A DNA stretch of 32,000 bases from Buchnera aphidicola str. APS (Acyrthosiphon pisum) (GTDB lineage: Bacteria > Pseudomonadota > Gammaproteobacteria > Enterobacterales > Enterobacteriaceae). The translations under genes and the position numbers were made by a program. How positions within the stretch are numbered: the first letter of the stretch is position 1; every line of letters starts with the position of its first letter. The stretch is taken from the NCBI RefSeq assembly GCF_000009605.1, contig NC_002528.1:120001-152000 (forward strand), in the 5' to 3' direction. Shown piece by piece: positions 10,314 to 22,260 of this stretch. The notes below the pieces were generated by a model that was given only the letters and a program-made list of their open reading frames with translations, was not told the DNA's origin and did no database searches.

Positions 10314-10346
10314 ATGCTAGTCAAAAACACTTGGCTAGCATTTTTT
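10314..10346 (+). terminator. Rho-independent terminator after aroH
   Basis: ATGCTAGTC / GGCTAGCAT (one G-U pair), 10-nt loop, followed by TTTTTT and placed 6 bp after the aroH stop. Confidence 0.8.
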
Positions 10347-10459
10347 CAATTTTTAAAATTATTTTTATAGTCAGTATATAAAAAATATATAAGTATTTTT
10401 TTAATGATTGATTTTTTCATAGGAAAAACAATTAATATTTTTAATTAAGGATTAAAAGA

Positions 10460-12388
10460 ATGCCTGTAATAAGATTTTATGATGGAAGTCAGCAGGTGTA
10501 CGAGCATTCTGTTTCATTAATAGAGATTATTAAAAACAAAAAACCTAGTATAATGAAATCTCTTATTGCAATTTCTGTTAATAATCATTTTTCAAATTTA
10601 AATACTTTTATAAGAGAAGATGCTTTTATAGAATTTGTTGATCAAAAAAATTATAAAGCATTGAATATCATTCGATATTCCTGCGCGCAGCTTTTAAGCT
10701 ATGCTATAAAAAATATATGGCCTCTGGCTCAAATTGCTACAAGTAATATTATAGAAGATGGTTTTTATTGTGATATAGATTTTAAAAGAAGTATTTCAGA
10801 AAAAGACTTGATTTTACTAGAAAATCAGATGAAGATGCTCGTAAAACGTGAATATAATATTTTAAATAAACTAATTTCTTATTCTGAAGCTAGAGAAATA
10901 TTTCAAAAATGTTTTGAAAAATATAAAGTTTCTTTAATAGATGAAAATATTAATTGTAATAGTAAAGTTTCTTTATATTATCATGAAAATTATGCAGACA
11001 TTGATATAGGACTACAAGTTTTTAATATAAAATTTTGTAAATATTTTAAATTACAAAAAATTGGAGGTGTTTACTGGAAAAAAAATAAAAATAATAAAAT
11101 GTTACAACGTATTTATGGTACTGCTTGGACTAATAAGCAGGAACTTGATAAACATCTTGATTATTTAAATGAATTAGAAAAAAGAGATCATAGAAAGATT
11201 GGAAAATTTCTTCAATTATATCATATGCAAGAAGAATCTCCAGGTATGATTTTCTGGCATAACAAAGGTTGGATTATTTTTAATGAATTACAAAATTTTG
11301 TTCGAGTTAAACTAAAAGAATATAAATATGAAGAAGTGAAAACACCATTATTGATAGATAAATTAATTTGGAAACAGAGCGGACACTGGGATAATTATAA
11401 AAATGCTATTTTTACTACGTTATCAGAACATCGAGAATATTGTATTAAACCGATGAATTGTCCTGGACATGTACAAATTTTTAATAGTAGATTAAAATCT
11501 TATCGAGACTTACCTATTCGTATGGCAGAATTTGGAAGTTGTCATCGTAATGAACCTTCAGGTTCTTTGCATGGTTTGATGCGAGTACGCAATTTTACTC
11601 AAGATGATGCACATATATTTTGTACTAGAGAACAGGTTCGTTCTGAAATTAACGATTGTATTAAAATGATATATGATTTATATAGCACCTTTCATTTTAA
11701 AAAAATATTAGTGAAACTATCTACTCGTCCAGAAAAACGTATTGGTACTGATTCTTTATGGAATGAATCAGAAAAAGATTTATCTGACATGTTAATAGAA
11801 AATCATTTATCATTTGAATATCAATCGGGAGAAGGTGCTTTCTACGGACCCAAGATCGAATTTATTTTACAAGATTCTTTAGATCGAAATTGGCAATGTG
11901 GGACAATTCAACTTGATTTTTATTTACCATTGCGTTTAAGTTCATTTTATATTAATGAGAAAAATGAAAAAAAAGTGCCTGTAATTATTCACCGAGCTAT
12001 ATTGGGTTCAATAGAACGTTTTATTGGTATACTAATTGAAGAGTGTTCAGGTAATTTACCAACATGGTTATCTCCAGTACAAGTAGTAATAATTAGCATC
12101 ACTGATATTAGTTCAGGATATGTTAAAGAATTATTTAAAAAATTCTCTGACGTTAATATTCGTATAGAATGTGATTTAAGAAATGAAAAAATAGGTTTTA
12201 AAATTCGAGAGCATACACTACGTCGAATTCCTTATATATTAATTTGTGGTGAAAAAGAGAGCAGTTCTAAAAAAATATCTGTTCGCAACAGACAAGGTCA
12301 TAACTTTGGAATGATCGATGTTGATTTTTTTATTAAAAAGTTGCAAAAGGAAATAATCACTCGTAACTTTTATCAAATGGAGGAATAA
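10460..12388 (+). CDS. thrS: Threonyl-tRNA synthetase
   Basis: 642 aa collinear with E. coli ThrRS. The catalytic core is conserved (MNCPGHVQIF, RNEPSGSLHGLMRVRNFTQDDAHIFC, HRAILGSIERFIG), as is the anticodon-binding domain. Confidence 0.98.
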   Translation: MPVIRFYDGSQQVYEHSVSLIEIIKNKKPSIMKSLIAISVNNHFSNLNTFIREDAFIEFVDQKNYKALNIIRYSCAQLLSYAIKNIWPLAQIATSNIIEDGFYCDIDFKRSISEKDLILLENQMKMLVKREYNILNKLISYSEAREIFQKCFEKYKVSLIDENINCNSKVSLYYHENYADIDIGLQVFNIKFCKYFKLQKIGGVYWKKNKNNKMLQRIYGTAWTNKQELDKHLDYLNELEKRDHRKIGKFLQLYHMQEESPGMIFWHNKGWIIFNELQNFVRVKLKEYKYEEVKTPLLIDKLIWKQSGHWDNYKNAIFTTLSEHREYCIKPMNCPGHVQIFNSRLKSYRDLPIRMAEFGSCHRNEPSGSLHGLMRVRNFTQDDAHIFCTREQVRSEINDCIKMIYDLYSTFHFKKILVKLSTRPEKRIGTDSLWNESEKDLSDMLIENHLSFEYQSGEGAFYGPKIEFILQDSLDRNWQCGTIQLDFYLPLRLSSFYINEKNEKKVPVIIHRAILGSIERFIGILIEECSGNLPTWLSPVQVVIISITDISSGYVKELFKKFSDVNIRIECDLRNEKIGFKIREHTLRRIPYILICGEKESSSKKISVRNRQGHNFGMIDVDFFIKKLQKEIITRNFYQMEE

Positions 12389-12391
12389 AGT

Positions 12392-12931
12392 ATTAAAGGT
12401 GGAAAAATAGTTCAATTAACACGTCCTAATCGTATTAATAGTGAAATACGTGCGATAAAAGTTCGTCTTACGGGCGTCGAAGGCGATCAAATTGGGATAG
12501 TTAATTTACGTGAAGCTTTAAAAAAATCTGAGGAATTAGGATTGGATTTAGTTGAAATTAGTCCAAATGCTGAACCACCCGTTTGTCGTATTATGGATTA
12601 TGGTAAATTTCTTTACGAAAAAAGTAAATCATCTAAGGAACAGAAAAAAAAACAAAAAGTTATTCACATAAAAGAAATAAAATTTCGCCCTGGAACTGAT
12701 GAAGGTGACTATCAAGTTAAATTGCGCAATTTAATACGTTTTTTAGAAGATGGTGATAAAGCTAAAATTACTCTACGATTTAGAGGTCGTGAAATGGCAC
12801 ATCAAAAAATTGGAGTCGATGTGTTAAATAGAGTGAAAAATGATTTGATTGAATTAGCAACTGTGGAATACTTTCCATCTAAAATTGAAGGTCGACAAAT
12901 GATAATGATTTTAGCACCTAAGAAGAAGTAG
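12392..12931 (+). CDS. infC: Translation initiation factor IF-3, initiated at ATT
   Basis: ATT AAA GGT GGA AAA ATA GTT CAA TTA ACA CGT CCT AAT CGT reads [44 protein letters not shown]..., collinear with E. coli IF-3. A Shine-Dalgarno sequence (AATGGAGGAA) precedes it. The ORF track starts 50 codons too late, at 12542. Confidence 0.96.
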   Translation: MKGGKIVQLTRPNRINSEIRAIKVRLTGVEGDQIGIVNLREALKKSEELGLDLVEISPNAEPPVCRIMDYGKFLYEKSKSSKEQKKKQKVIHIKEIKFRPGTDEGDYQVKLRNLIRFLEDGDKAKITLRFRGREMAHQKIGVDVLNRVKNDLIELATVEYFPSKIEGRQMIMILAPKKK

Positions 12932-13017
12932 TAATTTTTAATTAAATTTTTTATCATTAATGTATCCATTATTTAAACAATTCTTTACATTTTTTTATAA
13001 TTTAAATGAAATAGTCT

Positions 13018-13215
13018 ATGCCAAAAATTAAAACTTTAAAAAGTGCAGCTAAACGTTTTAAAATAACTGCCTCTGGTAAATTTAAACGTAAACAAGCAAA
13101 TTTACGTCATATTTTAACGAAAAAAACTACAACTAAAAAACGTCATCTTCGTCCTAAGATTTTAGTGTCTACAGGAGATATGGATAGAGTTAAATCTTTT
13201 TTACCATATGCGTAA
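13018..13215 (+). CDS. rpmI: 50S ribosomal protein L35
   Basis: [46 protein letters not shown]. Confidence 0.98.
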   Translation: MPKIKTLKSAAKRFKITASGKFKRKQANLRHILTKKTTTKKRHLRPKILVSTGDMDRVKSFLPYA

Positions 13216-13257
13216 ATTAACTTATTTTATTAAGATTTTACGAATAGGAGAGCATAA

Positions 13258-13614
13258 ATGGCTCGTATAAAACGTGGTGTAATTGCCCACGCTCGTCATA
13301 AAAAAATCTTAAAACAAGCAAAAGGCTACTATGGAGCTCGTTCTCGTATTTACAGGGTGGCACATCAAGCAGTAATTAAAGCTGGTCAATATGCTTATCG
13401 TGATAGAAGACAACGAAAACGACAATTTCGTCAGTTATGGATTTCACGTATTAATGCCGCTGTTCGTCAAAGTAAAATGTCTTATAGTAATTTTATTTTT
13501 GGTTTAAAAAAAGCTTCAATTAATATTGATCGAAAAATATTATCTGATATTGCTATATTTGATTTGCTTTCATTTAATGCATTAGTTAAAAAAGCAAAAG
13601 AAGCTTTGTTGTAA
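13258..13614 (+). CDS. rplT: 50S ribosomal protein L20
   Basis: [62 protein letters not shown]. Confidence 0.98.
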   Translation: MARIKRGVIAHARHKKILKQAKGYYGARSRIYRVAHQAVIKAGQYAYRDRRQRKRQFRQLWISRINAAVRQSKMSYSNFIFGLKKASINIDRKILSDIAIFDLLSFNALVKKAKEALL

Positions 13615-13638
13615 ATATAAAATTTTAATACATAATAA

Positions 13639-13661
13639 GAGGGGAAAATTAATCTCCCCTC
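13639..13661 (+). terminator. GC-rich hairpin downstream of rplT
   Basis: GAGGGGA (13639-13645) / TCCCCTC (13655-13661) with a 9-nt loop. It is unusually G/C-rich for this genome. No U-tract follows, so its role as a terminator is uncertain. Confidence 0.5.
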
Positions 13662-13734
13662 CATTCTAAAAATATTAACAATACTAAATAAAATTTTTTT
13701 TATTTTTCCATTTTAGAATAGTTAATTTTAAAAT

Positions 13735-13758
13735 AAGCTTCCTGTATGGAAGCTTTTT
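13735..13758 (+). terminator. Intrinsic terminator/attenuator-like hairpin upstream of pheS
   Basis: Perfect 8-bp stem AAGCTTCC / GGAAGCTT, loop TGTAT, followed by TTT (TTTTT including the stem end), 51 bp before the pheS ATG. Confidence 0.7.
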
Positions 13759-13808
13759 AGTATGTTTAATATATTAAACATAATTAAAACCCAAAAAAAG
13801 CGTGTAAA

Positions 13809-14798
13809 ATGTTAAATTTAAATAAATTATTTGAAATTATAGAAATAGATATACAAAATTCAAAAAAAATTTCCGAACTAGATAAAATTCGTATTAAATA
13901 TTTAGGAAAGAAGGGTGTCTTAACTGCTTTTATGAAGAAGTTAAAAGATTTTTCTTATGAAGATAAAAAGAAACACAGTATTATTATTAATAAAAAAAAA
14001 CAAGAAATTATTAGTAAAATAAATATAAAAAAACAAAAACTCAGCGTGTATATCTTAGAACAGCGTATTAAATCAGAAACTATTGATATATCTTTACCTG
14101 GACGTCGTACTGAACATGGTGGTTTTCACCCTATAACAAATACTATTGATTATATAAAGAATTTTTTTTTAAAATTAGGATTCCAATCAATAAATAGTCC
14201 TGAAATAGAAGATGAATATCATAATTTTGATGCTTTAAACATTTCTAAATATCATCCAGCTAGAGATAGTCATGATACTTTTTGGTTTGATCGTAATCGA
14301 TTGTTAAGAACGCAAACTTCTAGTATGCAAATTCGCATTATGAAACAAGAAAAACCTCCAATTAGATTTATTTTCCCCGGAAAAGTATATCGTAATGATT
14401 ACGATATTACACATACACCTATGTTTCATCAGATTGAAGGGTTAATAGTTGACAAAAATATTAATTTTTCTAATTTAAAATGGATTATATATAAATTTTT
14501 ATACGACTTTTTTGGAAAAGAGGTTTTGATTAAATTTCGTCCATCGTACTTTCCTTTTACTGTACCTTCTGCAGAAGTGGATATCATTGATCATAATGGA
14601 AAATCCTTAGAAATATTAGGATGTGGCATGGTACATCCTAATGTTTTAAAAAATGTTAATATTGATTCAAAAATATATTCTGCCTGTGCTTTTGGATTAG
14701 GAATTGAAAGAATTGCAATGTTGCGTTATGGAATAACTGATATTCGATCTTTTTTTGAAAACGATATAAGATTTTTAAAACAATTTAAATATAATTAG
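13809..14798 (+). CDS. pheS: Phenylalanyl-tRNA synthetase alpha subunit
   Basis: SLPGRRTEHGGFHPIT, NFDALN, HDTFWFDRNRLLRTQTSSMQIR and FRPSYFPFTVPSAEVDI. Confidence 0.98.
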   Translation: MLNLNKLFEIIEIDIQNSKKISELDKIRIKYLGKKGVLTAFMKKLKDFSYEDKKKHSIIINKKKQEIISKINIKKQKLSVYILEQRIKSETIDISLPGRRTEHGGFHPITNTIDYIKNFFLKLGFQSINSPEIEDEYHNFDALNISKYHPARDSHDTFWFDRNRLLRTQTSSMQIRIMKQEKPPIRFIFPGKVYRNDYDITHTPMFHQIEGLIVDKNINFSNLKWIIYKFLYDFFGKEVLIKFRPSYFPFTVPSAEVDIIDHNGKSLEILGCGMVHPNVLKNVNIDSKIYSACAFGLGIERIAMLRYGITDIRSFFENDIRFLKQFKYN

Positions 14799-14807
14799 TG
14801 AGACAAA

Positions 14808-17195
14808 ATGAAATTTAGCGAAAAATGGTTGCGTGAATGGATTGATCCACAAGTTAGTAGTAAGATTTTACATGAACAAATTTCTAATTCTGGTATTGAA
14901 GTAGAACATGTTGAGAATTTTAAATCTGAATTTCATGGTGTTGTAGTTGGTAAAATAGTGCAATGTACTTTTCATAATGAATCTAATAATTTAAAAGTAC
15001 TTAAAGTAGATATAGGCAAAAAAAAATTATTAAATATTATATGCGGTGCATCTAATTGTCGTAATGGTATAAAGGTTGCAGTAGCTACTGTTGGCGCTAC
15101 TTTACCAAAAAATATTACTATTAATAAGAAAATTTTAAAAGGAGCATGGTCTGAAGGTATGTTATGTTCTTTTTTTGAATTAGGCCTGTTTTTAAATGAT
15201 AATAAAATTATCGAATTTCCTAAAGAAACGTTGGTAGGTATTAATGTTTATGATTATTTTTTATTAGAAGATAATATTATTAAAGTTTCTATTACATCAA
15301 ATCGTCCAGATGGCTTAAGTATTTTAGGATTATCTCGTAATATAGCTGCTATTAATGATTTAAGAATATCACCTTTAAAAAATCGCTTAGTTCCTGCAGT
15401 TATTCAAAAAAAAATTAATATTGATATTCAAGCTGATAAAGAATGTATGAATTTTTTTGGTAGAATTATAGAAAACATCAATATAAATGTTGATACTCCT
15501 TTTTGGATGAAAAAAAAATTATTTTTTTCTAACGTTTTGTCAGAAAATATTATAACTAATATTATTCATTATGTATTAATTGAACTGGGACAACCATTGA
15601 ATATATTGGATGCAGATAATATTAATGATTCTATTATAGTGCGCATGGCAAGGCATGAAGAGGATTTATTTTTAAAAAATAATATAAAAATAAGTTTAAA
15701 TGAAAATATATTAGTTTTTTCTGATTCAAATAAAATATTATCTCTCCCTGGAAATATTAATTCTAATATTGTTGATGTCGATAAAAATACTAAAAATATA
15801 TTTCTTAGTTCATATTTGATTAATAGAAAATATATTTCTTATATTATAAAAAAAATGAATATGAATACAGTATTAGAATATCACTATTATGGTGTTGATC
15901 CTTTCCTTCAAAATTATGCTATTGAGTATGCAACTGATTTGATTTTAAAAATCTGTGGTGGTGTTCCTGGTCCTATCAATGAGAAAAAATGTAATTTTCA
16001 GATCCACAAAAATAATACAATAAGATTACATCATGAAAGATTAAACAAAATAATTGGTTTTTTTATTGATACAAGTGTTATTTCAAAAATTTTATATAGA
16101 CTCGATTATCAATTGAAATTTCAAAAAACATTTTGGGACGTTATTTCTCCTAGTTGGAGATTCGACATATTAATTGAAGAAGATGTAATCGGTGATATTC
16201 TGCGAATATACGAGTATAATAATGTTCATTTAATACCATTAAAAGAGTTTTTGAACTGTAGTAAAAAAAATGAACTAACAGATTCCTTATTAAAAAAATC
16301 TGCTGTGATATTAATTAATCAAGGTTATCATGAAGTTATAAATTATGGTTTTATTGATCCTAAAATACAAAATTTAATTTTCCCAAACGAAGAAAATTTG
16401 TTATTATCTAATCCTATTTCTCAAGATATGTCATGTATGCGTTTATCTTTGTGGCCTGGTTTGCTTAAAAATATTTCTTATAATAAAAATCGTCAGCAAA
16501 AAAGTATCCGTATTTTTGAAAGTGGACTCTGTTTTTCAATAGATAAAAGAGAAAATCTTGGCATCAGACAAGAAATTTTTTTAGCAGCAGCAATTAGTGG
16601 GAATTATATTAAAGAAAATTGGTATTATAACATAAGAAAAATGGATTTTTATGATTTAAAAGGTGATTTAGAATCTATATTAGAATCAATATGTCAATTA
16701 AATGAGATAGAATTTCGACGTAAAAAAATACATGGATTGCATCCAGAACAAAGTGCATCTATATATTTTAGAAATTATTTAATTGGTAGTATTGGAGCAA
16801 TTGATCCAAGGTTAGAAAAAGCATTAAATGTATCTAGCACTACATTTTTATTTGAAATATCATTAAATAATTTTTCAGATATTAAACCATTAAAAGTTGA
16901 AGAGATTTCAAAATTTCCAACTGTTCGACGCGATATTGCAATATTAATATCAGAAGAAATCGCAGCTTATAATGTTATAGAGCAGTGTAAAATATTTTTT
17001 ATAAATGAAAAAGTAGAAATTAATTTATTTGATATATATGCTTATAAAGAATCGCATAATCATAAGAAAAGTTTGGGTATTAGTTTTATTTTTCAAAATA
17101 AAAAAAGAACTTTTCAAGATAATGAAATTAATTTAATGATAGATGATTGTATAGGAGTACTACAGAAAAAATTTCAAGCCGTTTTAAGGAAATAA
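14808..17195 (+). CDS. pheT: Phenylalanyl-tRNA synthetase beta subunit
   Basis: 795 aa, collinear with E. coli PheT. EMAP-like N-terminal domain ([19 protein letters not shown]), [20 protein letters not shown], and C-terminal FRRDIAI-type domain. Confidence 0.98.
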   Translation: MKFSEKWLREWIDPQVSSKILHEQISNSGIEVEHVENFKSEFHGVVVGKIVQCTFHNESNNLKVLKVDIGKKKLLNIICGASNCRNGIKVAVATVGATLPKNITINKKILKGAWSEGMLCSFFELGLFLNDNKIIEFPKETLVGINVYDYFLLEDNIIKVSITSNRPDGLSILGLSRNIAAINDLRISPLKNRLVPAVIQKKINIDIQADKECMNFFGRIIENININVDTPFWMKKKLFFSNVLSENIITNIIHYVLIELGQPLNILDADNINDSIIVRMARHEEDLFLKNNIKISLNENILVFSDSNKILSLPGNINSNIVDVDKNTKNIFLSSYLINRKYISYIIKKMNMNTVLEYHYYGVDPFLQNYAIEYATDLILKICGGVPGPINEKKCNFQIHKNNTIRLHHERLNKIIGFFIDTSVISKILYRLDYQLKFQKTFWDVISPSWRFDILIEEDVIGDILRIYEYNNVHLIPLKEFLNCSKKNELTDSLLKKSAVILINQGYHEVINYGFIDPKIQNLIFPNEENLLLSNPISQDMSCMRLSLWPGLLKNISYNKNRQQKSIRIFESGLCFSIDKRENLGIRQEIFLAAAISGNYIKENWYYNIRKMDFYDLKGDLESILESICQLNEIEFRRKKIHGLHPEQSASIYFRNYLIGSIGAIDPRLEKALNVSSTTFLFEISLNNFSDIKPLKVEEISKFPTVRRDIAILISEEIAAYNVIEQCKIFFINEKVEINLFDIYAYKESHNHKKSLGISFIFQNKKRTFQDNEINLMIDDCIGVLQKKFQAVLRK

Positions 17196-17199
17196 ACCT

Positions 17200-17508
17200 A
17201 TGGTGCTTACAAAAGCTGCTATTTCAGAAAATTTATTTGAGAAATTGCAATTAACTAAAAAAGAATCAAAAGAATTCGTGGAATTTTTTTTTGAAGAAGT
17301 TAGGAAATCTCTAGAAAAAGGAGAAGCTGTTAAACTATCTGGATTTGGAAATTTTCAAATAAAGAAAAAAAAAGCTCGTCCTGGTAGAAACCCTAGAACA
17401 GGAGAAATTTTTCTTATAACAGCTAGACGAGTAGTTACTTTTAAAGCCGGTCAAAAACTAAAAAATAAAATTAACAATTATTTAATAAAAAAAAATAACA
17501 ATTTCTAA
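17200..17508 (+). CDS. ihfA: Integration host factor alpha subunit
   Basis: [60 protein letters not shown]. It directly follows pheT, as in enterics. Confidence 0.95.
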   Translation: MVLTKAAISENLFEKLQLTKKESKEFVEFFFEEVRKSLEKGEAVKLSGFGNFQIKKKKARPGRNPRTGEIFLITARRVVTFKAGQKLKNKINNYLIKKNNNF

Positions 17509-17549
17509 TTGTATTAGAATAATTTTTTCTTTTTAAAAAGAAGTAAAGC

Positions 17550-18623
17550 ATGCAACTTTCTGATTTTTCTTTTGATTTGCCAAAATCACTTATATCTTTT
17601 CATCCTTATTTTATTCGTAGTACATGTCGTTTAATGGTTATGTATGGACATACCGGAATGATATTCCATAAACGATTTTTCAATATTATTGATGAAATTA
17701 ACTCTGGTGATCTAATTATTTTAAATAATACTCAAGTGATTCCAGCTCGTTTTTTTGGAAAAAAAGAAAGCGGAGGTAAAGTTGAAGTTTTGGTTGAAAA
17801 AATATTAGGTATTAATAATATATTGGCAAGTATTAAAAATTCTAAAAATATCAATATTGGCAGTAAAATTTTTTTTGGATATAAAGACAAAATTAAAGGT
17901 TCTGTTGTGGATTGTAAAAATTCTTTTTTTGAAATTTTTTTTCATGACAATATTGATTCAGCTATTGATATTATTAATAATATAGGCGAAATTCCTCTGC
18001 CTCCTTATATTAAAAGATTTCGAAATAAACTGGATGTTGATTTATATCAAACTGTATATAAAAAAAAAACAGGTTCTATTGCTGCACCTACTGCTGGATT
18101 GCATTTTGACTTACCTTTGTTAGAGGCATTACACAATAAAGGTGTAGATATAGATTATATAACTCTTCATATAGGTTCTGGTACATTTCAACCTATTAGA
18201 AGAGTTCAAATCGAAGAACATATTATGCATTCTGAATCAGTTGAAGTGTCTTCCTCAGTTATTCAAAAGATCAAATCTTGCAAAAAAAAAGGTGGTCGTA
18301 TTATTGCAGTTGGTACAAGTACACTTCGTGCTCTAGAAAGTGCATATCACTCTTCTGAATGGAGTGATAGCCAAGATTTTATTAGTGATACTAATATTTT
18401 TATATATCCTGGTTATAAACATAATATTGTCGATGCATTAATTACTAATTTTCATTTTCCTGAATCAACCTTAATTATGCTGGTTTGTTCTTTTCTAGGG
18501 TATAAAAATACAATGAATGCTTACAATACAGCAATAGTAAATAAATATAGTTTTTTTAGTTATGGTGATGCTATGTATATCACTCATAATAAATTAGCTC
18601 CCTATGAAAATTTTATAATCTAG
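17550..18623 (+). CDS. queA: S-adenosylmethionine:tRNA ribosyltransferase-isomerase
   Basis: [46 protein letters not shown] and [13 protein letters not shown]. Confidence 0.96.
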   Translation: MQLSDFSFDLPKSLISFHPYFIRSTCRLMVMYGHTGMIFHKRFFNIIDEINSGDLIILNNTQVIPARFFGKKESGGKVEVLVEKILGINNILASIKNSKNINIGSKIFFGYKDKIKGSVVDCKNSFFEIFFHDNIDSAIDIINNIGEIPLPPYIKRFRNKLDVDLYQTVYKKKTGSIAAPTAGLHFDLPLLEALHNKGVDIDYITLHIGSGTFQPIRRVQIEEHIMHSESVEVSSSVIQKIKSCKKKGGRIIAVGTSTLRALESAYHSSEWSDSQDFISDTNIFIYPGYKHNIVDALITNFHFPESTLIMLVCSFLGYKNTMNAYNTAIVNKYSFFSYGDAMYITHNKLAPYENFII

Positions 18624-18645
18624 TATGCTTTAAAAAAAAATATAA

Positions 18646-19776
<1,131 letters not shown>

Positions 19777-19800
19777 AAAGATAGTTTACAGGAGAAATAT

Positions 19801-20136
19801 ATGAGTTTTTTTATTCAAAATGCTAATGCTGTAGTAAATGGAACATCGGAAAGCAGTAATTCATATTCATTAATATTTATGGCTGTAATATTTTTATTGA
19901 TTTTTTATTTTATGCTTTTCCGTCCTCAACAAAAGAAAGACAAAGAACATAAAAATCTTATCAATTCTCTTGTTCAGGGAGATGAAGTTATAACAACTAG
20001 TGGTTTATTGGGACGAATAAAAAAAATTACAAAAAATGGATATATTTTACTTGAATTAAACGAGACCACTGAAGTATTTATAAAACAAGATTTTATAGTA
20101 TCATTGTTACCTAAAGGTACTTTGAAATCTTTATAA
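19801..20136 (+). CDS. yajC: Sec translocon accessory protein YajC
   Basis: FYFMLFRPQQKKDKEHKNLINSLVQGDEVITTSGLLGRI...VIKQDFIVSLLPKGTLKSL. It sits directly after tgt as in E. coli. Confidence 0.95.
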   Translation: MSFFIQNANAVVNGTSESSNSYSLIFMAVIFLLIFYFMLFRPQQKKDKEHKNLINSLVQGDEVITTSGLLGRIKKITKNGYILLELNETTEVFIKQDFIVSLLPKGTLKSL

Positions 20137-20187
20137 TTTTTTTAAAAAATAATGTATATATGACAATTTTTTTATTTTTATGTCTAT

Positions 20188-22260
20188 TTAGTATAAATAA
20201 GAAAAATCTGCTATTTTAAAAAAAATTTTTTTTAATTTACTTAGTAAAAGCAATCGATTTAACCGTATTTTAGAATCAGAATGATATATTTTAACTTTCT
20301 TAAAAAAATTATATATGGGATTTTCAAAACTTTTTATTTTTATTAAAATATCATTATATTTTTTTTCTAAAAATAAATTTTTTGTATAATTATCAAATTC
20401 TTCTATATTATTAAATAATATGATTTCTTCTTTTTCAATCATTAGTTTTTTATTAATATCTCCATTAATTTTTTCTTTTTCTTTTGCTAAAATGTTAGAT
20501 ATTCTTTTAATAGACAATATTATTGATTGTGAATCTTTTAATTTTTTAAAAAAAGATATAGCTTGTATTTTTTTATGAATATCTATTAGTTCGATTGATT
20601 TACATGACAATACTGATTTAATAATTTTTGCACTATATCCTGTTTCTTCATACCAGTGAAATAGTCTTATCATAAAAAATTTGATCATTTTGTCAAATAA
20701 GATTAAATCATCTTCATTTTTTTTGTTATATAGAGAAAGACTTTTTTTAATCAAATCTTCTAGATTTAATGGTATATTCTTTTCTAAAATAATACGTATT
20801 ATTCCTATAGCTAAACGTCTCAATGCAAATGGATCTTTATCTGAACTTGGAATGTTTCCTATATAAAACATTCCTGATAAAGTATCCATTTTATCAGCAA
20901 TTGATAATCCACAACCTATAGGAGTACACGGGAGTTTATCTCCTGAAAACCTGGGTAAATATTGTTCTTCAAGAGCAGTAGCAACATCTTTTTTTTCTTT
21001 GTCTTCTAGAGCATAATACATGCCTATTTTACCTTGTAATTCTGGAAATTCACATACTACATCAGTTACAAGATCACATTTAGATAAAAGTGCAGCTCTT
21101 ATTGAATCTTCTACATCACTAGAACTATATTTAGCAATCCATTTTATAAGTAATTTAATACGTAATGTTTTTTCATATAACGAACCAAGATTGTTTTGGA
21201 ATAAAACTTTTTTAAGAGATAAAAGACGAGATTCTAATTTTACTTTTCTATCGTTCTTAAAAAAAAATTCAGCATCTGAAAGTCGTGCATGCATTACTCT
21301 TTGATTTCCTATAATAATTTTTTCTGATTCTTGTGTTTGAATATTAGAGATAAAAATAAAATATGGCAGAAGTTTTTTTTCAGAATTATATATTGGAAAA
21401 CATTTTTGTTTTTTTTCTATGGTATTTATTAGTATTTTTTTAGGAATTTGAAGAAATTTTTCTTGAAAATTTACTAAAAGTGCTTTTGGCGATTCTACTA
21501 AAGCTGTTACTTCTTCTATTAATACGTTATTTTTTTTTATAAATCCTTTAATTTTTTTTGCAATATTTTCAATATCTTCTATAATTTTTTCTTTTCTAAT
21601 GAAATAGTCAGCAATGATATTATTTTTTTCAAGAAGAATTTTAGGGTAATCTTTTGCATCTTTTATTTTTATTTGACTATCTTTTGAAGAAAGATGATTT
21701 TGAAGAAGGTTTTTAGACGTAATATTAAATACATCTCCTGGAATAACTTTTTTGTCCAATAAAATCACAATGTTACGAATAGGACGAGAAAACTTCTGAT
21801 TATCTTGTCCCCATCTCATAGATTTTTTAATAGAAATATTTTTAAGAGCAGATTCAGTGATTTTGGGAATTAATGATTCAATGTTTTCCTGTTTTTTTCT
21901 TGTTTTATAAAACAACCATTCACCTTTTTCATTTTTCAAACGTATAGCTTGATTTATATTGATTCCACAATGTTTCAACCAACGTGTAGCTGCTTCTGTT
22001 AAAAATCCATCTTTATCATAAGAATTTATTATTGATGGACCTCTTTTTTTTATTTCTACAAACCTCTCTGTTATATCAATATCTTTAATTTTTAATGCAA
22101 GTCTTCTTGGTGTAGAAAAATATTTAATGTTTTTGTATGAAATATTATGAAAATCTAATTCTTTAATAAAGTTTTTATAAAAATATAAAGATATTTTTGA
22201 AAGCAGTCTAGCAGGTAGTTCTTCAGTCCCTATTTCAATTAATAATATTTTCTTTGTCAT
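20188..22260 (-). CDS. glyS: Glycyl-tRNA synthetase beta subunit
   Basis: [42 protein letters not shown] and [15 protein letters not shown]. Confidence 0.97.

Noticed and set aside
13482-13664. Minus-strand 60-aa ORF overlapping the end of rplT
   Set aside because: Antisense to a conserved ribosomal protein gene and starts in the hairpin region. No support as a gene.
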